A DNA stretch of 59,241 bases, counting the filler, from Ionaspis alba (taxonomy: Eukaryota): the NCBI GenBank assembly GCA_964255285.1. It is 8 parts of 8 records of this genome, joined end to end, with 100 filler letters (N's around TTAATTAATTAA, not from the genome) between each part and the next. Parts side by side here need not be neighbours in the genome. Positions count along the whole stretch, not along the records: positions 44,559 to 51,860 come from CAXUUL010000842.1; positions 51,961 to 59,241 come from CAXUUL010000843.1; 6 more parts are not named here. One strand, 5' to 3'. The first letter of the stretch is position 1, and every line of letters begins with the position of its first letter. The notes beneath the pieces were generated by a model. It was given only the letters and a program-made list of their open reading frames with translations. It had not been told where the DNA came from and did not search any database. A program made the position numbers and the translations under genes. Of the stretch, positions 49,829 to 59,241 are shown in pieces.

Positions 49829-50419
49829 ATGATGGCCGACACTGAAATGGACGTGGACACCACGCCTTCCACCCTCCCACCCACAACCGAAGCTCGTACC
49901 TCCACCAACGCCGTCGCCGTCCGCTCCATCGAAGGCTGGATCATCCTCGTCACCAACGTGCACGAAGAAGCCAGCGAGGAGGACTTGCAAGAGCTGTTTG
50001 GCGAGTATGGTGAGATCAAGAATCTGCATATGAATCTGGATCGTAGGACGGGATATGTCAAGGTATGTGGTCTTCCTAACCCCATGCACATATCTGTTTT
50101 CAGTCTGCGACTCTCTGCTTTTGGGAGTCATGGGGTGCTGTGTTCATTTCCTCTGCTATGAATGCTACTGGAGCGTGGGCTAACGGCTGTGGGATGGGCA
50201 TAGGGCTACGCGCTAGTCGAATACCCTACGCAAAAAGAAGCCAAAGCTGCTATCGAGGCTGTCAATGGCCAGAAGTTGCTCGATCAGACATTGGCGGTAG
50301 ACTTTGCCTTTGTGAGACCGATGCCGGTGAAGGGTGAAGGTGGAGGGAAAGGTGGGAGAGGTGGAAGGAAGGGAAGAGGCAGGAGTAGGAGTCCTGGAAA
50401 GGAGGGCGGTGATGATTAG
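49829..50419 (+). CDS. RBM8A: Exon junction complex RRM protein Y14; intron 50063-50203
   Basis: [62 protein letters not shown], followed by an RSRSP tail. Confidence 0.93.
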
Positions 50420-51960
50420 GGAAGATGGTCGAAGATAGGAGATTCTATTGGTAAGACATGGGAGAATATCAAGGGGAAAGGAGAGCAGGAAGAACTTCAG
50501 TTGGCGTGGAAGAGGGTGGATCTAGAGCCGGTGGGAACATATGCTAAGTGCTGTGATCTTGTCGGCACGCTTTTGTGGCTAGGAAGAGGTATGGTGAGGA
50601 ACTGGGCGGCTTACAAGAGAGCTTGACTGACATCTTCTCAGTTTTCCAGACCAAGCTTGATACAACAATGAGAAGAATTTGCTATAATAACGGACGGCAG
50701 TCTTCCGACCTATTTGCTCTCTGTGTGTTAATATGTGGCTGCATGTCCTCGAGTTGACCAAATGACTTTCATATATTTGATCATGTTACGAGGCGGCCTC
50801 TGTGCTCATTTGAGAAGTCTGCAATGAATGCAATTGCCACCCGTCAGCTCTGTTCGTGGCCTTGCTCTCCCTATCAAGAACACATATACACGTCGTGAAT
50901 CGTGACGCGGCCATGAGTGGCGTTTCCCCTCCTCATCTCCTTCAACTCCTGCCACGCCCCCTCTTCGATCTTCTCGAAAAGCTTCCCGTTCCTGCTCTTG
51001 GTACTCTCGACTTGTTGGTACCGTTTGATTTCCATTCACTGCTCTCGAATTGCAGCATCAGAGGAGTTCCTCAACATCTCCAGGGATCCTGCTACTTGCC
51101 TTGTGTCTATGTTGCCCTGGTGTAGAGGCGAGTACACGTTCAGATGGTCCCCAAGAATTAGGATCTCTTTCCCGTAAGGTAGCCATTCCTTGCGAATCGG
51201 CTCTGGCAAGGTCTAGAACAGAAGGCAACCCCATTTCTCGACGATATTCAGGAGCGTTCGTAGACTAAGCAGGGCTAGATCCTGTGGCAAATTTGAGAGT
51301 ATTACGAAAGCATTTCTCACCACCAGCTACCGCCAAAGAGCAGCTGTTGGATGGGTATCTGGCTATTAAAAATCGGTTGTCGACCGTATTGAAAATTAGC
51401 AAAAACACCGGTTTTGATATCCGCCAAAAATATTGTACTAATATTCGATTGTTCTGTCGATTGACCCTAACGGCGCGGTGGCCCGCTGCGGTCACACCAG
51501 GTGCGCTTTTCCTATCTTTTGCTTCCTACAACGGCGACGAACCCTGAACACACAGCGTGACCATGTCCGTCACGGATGACATGATCAGCCATCCGTTGGG
51601 CAGGACCCCTGGGACCGGTGGAAAGGCACCCTACGGCAACGCACCACCCGGTTAGGTTAGGGTTATGGCTATATTCTATTGACACAGGCATGGTATATTC
51701 TATATATTGTAATATCATATCAATAGAATCGATGAGTCAATCAGCTCTCTTCAACACCGGATAATGTGTAATAAAATAGATCATTATACAGCCACGCAGT
51801 GTTATGGTTTGTCGGTGCCAAGCACGCTCCTCGACCCTTCGAATAATGGCTATATAACTTNNNNNNNNNNNNNNNNNNNNNNNNNNNNNNNNNNNNNNNN
51901 NNNNTTAATTAATTAANNNNNNNNNNNNNNNNNNNNNNNNNNNNNNNNNNNNNNNNNNNN

Positions 51961-53595
51961 GTGCTGGATGCAGTGGATGAGGAGGGGATGGGCGTGGGGA
52001 GGGTGGAGTCGAGGTGGAAGAGGGAGAGGAGGACGGGGATCTGTTGAGGTATTAGCTGGTAGTGTAGGTAAAGGCAGGTGGAGGATGACTTACGAGATTC
52101 AGGAAGAGAGCGCAGATACCCCATAATCCGACTCGAACCACAGCTCCATCCAAACTTCTACTATGCTGCTTCAAATCGTTGACTTGATCCCCTGCTTCAC
52201 TGCCTCCCCCGTTCTCTTCCGCCAGTAGTACTTGTTGAGCTTCTGTCTTAGGTACCCCATTTGCAGCATATGAATGGTATTGTACTCTTCGGCTGCCAGA
52301 GAGTACGCCGACAGCCCAGGGAAAGATGAACGTGCTGCCAATCTCGAAGATCGACCCTATGGCTCTTGCAATTGTTATAAGCTGGAGAGAGAACCCGGCA
52401 TTCAGGAGGTAGGTGATCAAAGTCCCAGAGTAGGAGAGTACGGAGGCGTGGAGGATAGCCACGCAGATAGATGGCAGCCACACGGAAGTGCTGTAGAAGT
52501 AGCGGAGTCCGTCGATGTGAGACCGGATCGAGCTCTTGACATGCAGAACGACCTTTGCGATAAGATGCGGAGCCATGAATCTCACATTCATAGCCGGTTC
52601 CTTGTAGAAGACCTGACTATTCGAATCCCTCCTGTCTCCATTCCTACCCACTCCCTCTTTCGGCGCCCTTAAGCGTCCACACCTCCTCCAAACCCTCATC
52701 ACGCCCCAATACTCCACTCCCCAACTCAACGCACTACTCAAGGCCACGCCCACCACCGCCGCTTTGATGGGCGCTACGGCCGATACAAACGTCGATATAG
52801 CCAGGGGCGCCATGAGCTTGCACAGCATATCAATCCTGCGCATCACGGTGTTCAAATGTGTGAGATCATATCCCGTCCCCCTTCCCATCCCCCTCTCCTT
52901 CCGTGTATCCGCGTCCGGCGGTGCAAGCGTAGGTACCCAATCCCTCTCCATAGCGAGCAAGTTCGTCATGCGAGACGACTTCTCTGCCATCCCTAAAAGC
53001 AGGACGATTGCAAAAAGCGCTTTCTTCAAGGACGGGTTCGTGGAGGAGAGGAGAGGGAACCAGAGCAGGCAGCAAGCGATGACGGTGAGGCGATTTGTGG
53101 TGATTGTGAGGAGGAGGGGACGGAGACGAGTGGGGGAGGAGTCGACCCAGCGGCCGAGGGCGGAGGAGAAGAGGAGGACACAGAGGGTTTCGGCTATACC
53201 ACTGGAAGGGGAGGAGGTTTAGTATTTGGTAGCATTGTGAAGGGTGTAAGGGAGTATGGAGAGAAGGCGTACTTGATGGAGGAGAATGTGAGGTTACCAG
53301 GAAAAGCGGATTGAATGAAGAGGATCTGTTTGGGGACGTCAGTAAGAAGATAGCAGACTATTGTCAACTGTACAGAGGGACTCACAGCACCGAACTCGTA
53401 CATCCTAGAATTCCACATCGACAGAAAGTGCGAAAGATACAGACACCACGCCTGCCCACTCGTCACCTCATCATCAACATCTCCCAAGCCATCATTCCCC
53501 CCCTCCTCCTCTTCCAGCGACGTCCTCCCCGACAAATCAACTAGCCTTTCGCCATCCCGCCCATCATCATCATCAACATCACGAAGTTCGAGCAT
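51961..53595 (-). CDS. Ferroportin (SLC40/FPN1)-family transporter, 3'-partial; introns 53385-53326, 53272-53202, 52093-52041
   Basis: LYLSHFLSMWNSRMYEFGA, GRWVD, MERDWV, NTVMRRIDMLCKLMAP and SVLSYSGTLITYLL are ferroportin-family hallmarks. Confidence 0.87.
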
Positions 53596-54854
53596 CGCGT
53601 CTATTACATCGTCCAGCCCTCAAATCACAGACCGTACCCTCAACAATAATAATGTAAACAGAAAAGTGAAGCCAAGACCAATACCCCAAATCGTCACCAC
53701 GAGCCTCAGCTCCATACCCTAACCACCCTAAACCAACCGTGCCACACACCAACATCCCCATCCCTCCATCCATCTTCAGCACCGCCCCTAAAAACCCCCA
53801 AAGTTATTCTTGGCAGCAACCGCCCACGCTACGTTTCACCATCCCACGCCTAAACAAGCACCTTCCAGCTTGGAGGGGACTTGCCGATCGAAGGGGCCCC
53901 CCACCCAGGGGGGGCACAGTAGTCTACGGTACTTATTATTGCCTTTTTTTCGCCCGGCGGGACGGCTCGTTAAATCAGACGGTTTAGTGGGACAACGAGN
54001 NNNNNNNNNNNNNNNNNNNNNNNNNNNNNNNNNNNNNNNNNNNNNNNNNNNNNNNNNNNNNNNNNNNNNNNNNNNNNNNNNNNNNNNNNNNNNNNNNNNT
54101 CGCCCGGCGGGACGGCTCGTTAAATCAGACGGTTTAGTGGGACAACGAGTGGCATTTTTGGGGGCCCTTGGCTGTGCTGGTCGCCCTTCCTTCCTTCGGG
54201 GAATTCTCCATGTGAACCATGTGGGCCTCTCTCTAATCGGCTGTGCACGGTCCAATGGCGGGGATGTCACACGCTTTATGTGCAATTGCTGCTCGGCGAT
54301 GCTGCATGCATTGTTGTCGATGGGACACCTGCAGGTAGACCTTGGTGCATCCTGTTGACGTCCTGCTCGTTTGACTATGCAAGTCTTTGCTCCTGGGTAC
54401 AGGAGTAGACTTTGGAGACAGCTTTGGGTATTCTGGACTTGGTCTCGGTCCCTACCCGAAACTACGGGTTCTTTGCTCATTCCGAGGCTCTTTGTCCTTA
54501 AGTGAGAGAGTGGCATGACGGCTGCTGGTGGGACGCAGACAGTCCGAGACATTATTTGCATGAGACATTCGGAGTGTCTCTTTCAGGCTCTGCCGGAAAG
54601 CATGGAGGACGGGACGGTTAAGGCTTGGCGTGGAGTTTGTAAAAGGAGTGAAGGTCTAGATGGGGAGCTCTGGAGCGCGAAGGATGGGACATTCAATCTT
54701 GGGAAATTTGATTATATCTCGTGAGACTTGGGAGGACCATCAAGATCATCATAGGAGAAAAATGTGAAAATTATGTACCAATTTCCTGGCTATCGAATGG
54801 TTCCACGATATAAAAAAAAACCCCCCGCTAAAATCAAACAATATGTCCAAATAT

Positions 54855-56137
54855 TTATACAACGTTAGAATATCTCGACGGAAACCGTCCCCCACCCGGC
54901 ACATGCGCCGTCACCGGCTGGTGAAACTCCTCACTCCGATCATCCAACGGCTCCAACGCATACGGATCCCTCTCCCCATTCGACACCGTAAACCCCTTCG
55001 TGACCTGAATTCCCCGCGAACTCATCTCTGTCCCCGACTCCAAATCTCCCCTCAACGGTTTTCCATCCCCATCCTGGCTCCTCAACGGAAGACTGTTTCC
55101 CGTCGCCTTCCAGCTGGAAAGCTGGGACGGTCTGGTAGACTTGCGCGTCTGGCCTAGATTGAGTAAAGCGCGATAAGTTGGCAGGCAGGAGATGATGACG
55201 ACGAAGTTTATTTCGAGGATGGTGTAGAGGGCTTGGTTTTGCGCGACGGCTTGTACGGTGCGCAGGATGTCGAAGGCGATGCAGACGATGGCGAAGGAGA
55301 AGATAAAGCCGAGACCGAGTTTTTGGAGTTTTTGGATCTTCAGGTCTTTGAGCATCCAGAGGGGGAGGGCCATGACTGAGGAGTGTTAGTGGATGGGTTG
55401 GCGATTTGAGGGGAATGGATGGACGTACTTGCGAAATCGGTGATCACGTTGAAGGCGCAACTGTATTCGAGTTTGATTGCTCGCGCGGTGGTTGCTGAAT
55501 TGCAATCGGCTATGATGATTGTCCACATCAGTCTCCCGTCCAGGATTGAGTTCTGCCTTTCTCAGTTTGCAACTCACTGTAATCACTTATCGAGTGCGCA
55601 TTCGCACAGGTACCAAGAACACCTCCAATGGGTATCCAGAAGGTCGCCAGGGTGAAGATCGTGACCGCCCACCATGCTTTCTTGAACGGTGCAGATATTT
55701 TGAACAATTGGTAATAAAACAGCAAGAACGCGACCTTGACAAGCCAAAAGACAAGATACAAGAAGCAGTTATTGACAGTATTCAACGACCGATTATGTTG
55801 ATAAAGCTCGAACAGATCAGAATCAGATATCGGCGGCTTTGTTCCTGCCTTTGAGGCTTTGGCGAGGTTTGCCTTGCTCGCCAATGTGAGCTGGTTCGTT
55901 GCTCCATGGACAACCAGCACCAGGAAGGCCAGCAGATGGACCCAGTCGTCCCAGTAAAGTTTCCGAGAATGGTATCCTCGAATACCGAATCGTCCCAACG
56001 TCAACACTCCAGCTACACCTGTCAAGACCCAGTTCACTGTCTTAAGTCCATGTCAGCCTGTTGTATTACCACATTGCATGCAAGACTGGGGTGACTAGCA
56101 GATTCGGTGTCCATACTGTGGGGTCCGGAGAATTCAT
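54855..56137 (-). CDS. PTH11-like (fungal rhodopsin-domain) integral membrane protein without CFEM; start exon uncertain
   Basis: RFGIR..LYWDDW, WLVKVAFLLFYYQLF and NVITDFA|IMALPLWMLKDLKI..KLGLGFIFS..EINFVVIISCLP; canonical internal introns. Confidence 0.8.
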
Positions 56138-57198
56138 TGACTCGGCACTTTTTTTAATCTCCTCAGAGGTGCAGATTCCAGCTGTGTAACGACAAAATCA
56201 AAAACAATCGGCGCGGCTATAAAACTCGGAAGCATACAACATCGCAGAGGGCATGCTTCCGATATTAATAATGGGTGTTCGCCGGTCTGACTGGGATGAC
56301 GGACACCACACGGATTGATGCATGGCCATCATTTCTTGGCGAAGTGGTGCTGTGCCTCAGCCATGAAGAATAACTCGTCATTTTGTTCAAGGCTGCTGGC
56401 TCGGAGTCCAACAGGTATTGGGCAGCATGTAGGATGAATAGACTAGAACCTAGTTTTCCCAGCCGGGAAATAAGGCGGCATTAAGCGTGTGCTAAAATGA
56501 TGTACCTCTGCGCGTAGCTTGTTGTCAGAGCGTGATTGAATGTCAAGGCGTGACGCTCTCGAAGTCCGATCCTTAGTGGTGCGAACACTTCCCGTTAGCA
56601 ACGAAATAATGATTGGTGCGCTGTTAGCATAATCGATTTGCTTTTTCCTCAAAACATACTTCTGGGGCGTCGTGTATATTTCCGTCGAGGGGGATTGGCT
56701 CCTCGTGGTGGGTGAGCTGACGTGGTAGTTTGAACAAGCGCCGCAAGCGATTTGCATCCTCAAATCCCCCTCACTGCCTCAACATGACCCCCTCAATATT
56801 CCTTGTAAAGTAGCGCTATTACTGTTCGAGCACGAGGCTCCGTAGCCTCGATTCGAATGAAAGCGAGGTGTGACAGACATCGTTCTGCCTCTATCTTTCC
56901 CCTGTGATTAGCCGAATATTGATAGCTGCTTACCTGTGCCGGTCGGTATTCTGGCTACTGTTATTTCCGACAGCGAAGGAAGCTGGAAATCATGGATCAT
57001 TATTGATCACTTCAATTTCCTCCATCCAACAAAACAAGCATTTCGACTGCCATTTTCCCAAGTCCTGGGAAGCACAGCCACCCGGATGCTTAATTGTTGT
57101 TGGTAATTCTCCGAGCTGGGAATCCTTGGAGGACGAACCGGCCCCTCGGGTATTGCATCCGTGATTCTGTCAAACCCAACGTTGTAACGACCGATGCA

Positions 57199-58870
57199 AT
57201 GGACAAAGACGAGGAAGTAACCGACGACTATGAGTTAGATGAGATCTCAAAACCATCTGATCATGTCAAGGACGAGAGCTTCAATAGGACCTCAGATGAT
57301 GGCTTCGATGGCCACACGCGGCGTGGACGCCAAGCGAGCTTTGAATTGTACACTCCGGACGAAGAACGTGTGGTGGTCAAGAAACTGGATCGACATTTAG
57401 TGTTGTTTGTGGCATTTCTGTACATGCTTTCGTTTTTGGATAGATCAAGTATGCCATCTTCAACAGTTGAGGGAAATACTAAACATATTTCTAATTTCTT
57501 CCAGATATCGGCAACGCGAGAATTGCCGGCCTCTCAGATGACCTTCATCTCAGCTCTTCGCAATATGAATGGCTGTTGACAAGCTTTTACTGCACATACA
57601 TTCTATTCCAATGGATGACACTTCTCTACCGGGTCGTCCCGATTCACATTTACATGTCCCTTTGCGTGGCATCTTGGAGTATCATTGCATCTCTGCAAGC
57701 GATAGCAGGTTCTTTTACCAGCATGGTCATTCTACGGGCTCTGCTTGGTATCGGAGAAGCCGCTTTCTCCCCTGGAGTCCCATTCCTGCTTTCTTTCTTC
57801 TTCAAAAGGGATGAGCTGGCGTTACGGACTGGTCTGTTTATATCCGCTGCTCCTCTCGCAACCTCCTTCGCAGGTAGCCTGGCCTGGGTGATCACGAAAC
57901 TTGGCAAAGAAAGTCCCATTGCGGCTTGGAGATTACTTTTCCTCGTGGAAGGCTTTCCGAGCATAATTGTCGCTGTGGTTGTGTGGTTCCGGATACCTGA
58001 TAGTCCTGAAACGGCCAGGTTCTTGAATAGGAGGCAGAAGAAAGTTGCCAAGCTAAGGCTGCGAGAGGAGACCATCGGAGAGAAGGTCTCTAGTTTGAAG
58101 GAGAACAAATTGGATTTTAGTGAGATTTGGATGACTCTAAAGAATCCCAAATGCTGGATCACAGCGGTAGGACTCAAGTCTCATGACAGAATGCTAGTGA
58201 CTGACACGCGGCATACTAGTCAATGTTCTTCAGCTGCAATGTCGCATTCTCGAGCCTCCCTCCATTTCTTCCGACTATTATCCATGAGATGAACTACTCG
58301 GCACTCACCTCGCAAGCTCTTTCTGCCCCTCCCTACCTCGTAGCTTTCATCGTCGTCCTGCTTACCGCCTTCCTTTCTGATCGGTCTAGGAACAGGAGCT
58401 ACTACATCATCTTTCACGCTGTCCTAGGGGGCTCCGGATATCTGTTCATCGCCGTTGCAGGCTCGCTGAAGGCCAGCTCCGGGTGGCGATACGCTGGTGT
58501 CTATCCTGCTGCATCAGGTTTCTTTTCCGCCATCACCCTCATCCTCACCTGGACGATCAACAACCAAGACTCAGATTCGAAGCGAGGTACGGGAGTCGCT
58601 ATGCTCAACTTGCTTGGGCAGTTCGGACCGCTGGTTGGGACGAGGCTCTATCCTGAAAGCGACAGGCCGTATTATGTTAAAGGAATGGCGGTTTGTGGGG
58701 GCTTTATGTTCTTCGTTGCAGTTCTAGCGCTGTTCCTAAGGATACTTTTTGCCAGAGAGAATGAACGATTGAGACTAGAAGAGGGGGAGGAGATGAGAAA
58801 GCAGGAGGAAGAGGGTCTGGTGGACGAAGATAGAGCCAGGAGGAAGACTCGATTCGTGAACATATTATGA
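57199..58870 (+). CDS. MFS transporter, allantoate/nicotinate (Dal5/Tna1, ACS) family; introns 57449-57504 and 58167-58219; start uncertain
   Basis: KKLDRHLV..LSFLDRS|NIGNARIAG, RALLGIGEA, WRLLFLVEG, FFLPTII and LSAPPY..SDRSRNR motifs. Confidence 0.9.
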
Positions 58871-59241
58871 TGATAATGAGGATAGATACCCCAAACATAG
58901 ACAAATGAAATACAGCAGGTTAAAATTGAGAAGGCAGAAAGATGTAAGTTTCAGTGTTGTTTTCCGTTGACTTTCCCCCTAAATCTCCTGGTGTAGCCCC
59001 CTAAACCCAGTTGCGGAACAGTGGAGGTGTCAATACTGTAACTTTGCCCCGGATGTCTCACCGGCGTCTAGCGATTTAACTGTGGGACAGGGTGACGCAC
59101 TAGTCTCGATACGTAAACAGTGAAGCTTCGACCGTGAGAGTCACCTCCATCCTCAAGCCATTTTAGTATCACAGCTCTATATACCTCCCTGCCTGCTGGC
59201 TGATATCAGCGTCGTCTCAAGACCACCTCATGTCCATTCTG

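Noticed and set aside
53896..53915. GCCCCCC-loop-GGGGGGC hairpin upstream of ferroportin as a possible iron-responsive element
   Set aside because: It has no CAGUGN loop or bulged C, the stem is a simple homopolymer, and IRE control is not established in fungi.
53950..54149. 50-bp direct repeat around an N gap upstream of ferroportin
   Set aside because: Scaffolding overlap artefact.

Overview
Fungal (filamentous ascomycete, Pezizomycotina-type) genomic DNA. It is not one locus: eight unrelated scaffolds of about 7.3 kb, sorted by decreasing length, are joined by artificial N-TTAATTAATTAA-N linkers, so gene neighbourhoods only mean something within a scaffold. Genes are intron-rich, and I rebuilt the spliced models by hand from GT..AG sites and frame continuity. 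Scaffold 1 (1-7370) is the most unusual. It holds an intact 1251-aa CMC-superfamily (CACTA/Mirage/Chapaev-like) DDE transposase, co-oriented 388 bp downstream of a divergent stand-alone SWI2/SNF2 ATPase, which makes it a candidate DNA transposon carrying its own chromatin remodeller. The other scaffolds hold mostly conserved genes: SFT2, an RTG3/MiT-like bHLH, velB, FAP1/NFX1, an acyltransferase-3, a Ser/Thr-rich GPI-type wall protein, a frameshifted aspartic-protease-like gene, a SesB-like hydrolase-ankyrin fusion with no NOD domain, ADHFE1, SCP160/vigilin, an FCY2-like permease, cyclophilin, Y14/RBM8A, ferroportin, a PTH11-like membrane protein and an MFS transporter. Other notable observations: a cyclophilin whose mitochondrial start codon is created only by splicing (A|intron|TG), a 2.2-kb ATG-depleted leader with tandem start-stop uORFs upstream of the bHLH, a probable 41-aa microprotein gene with a 5'UTR intron, and recurring C-rich to G-rich skew flips independent of gene orientation. 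Family assignments come from motif recognition only; no database searches were run.
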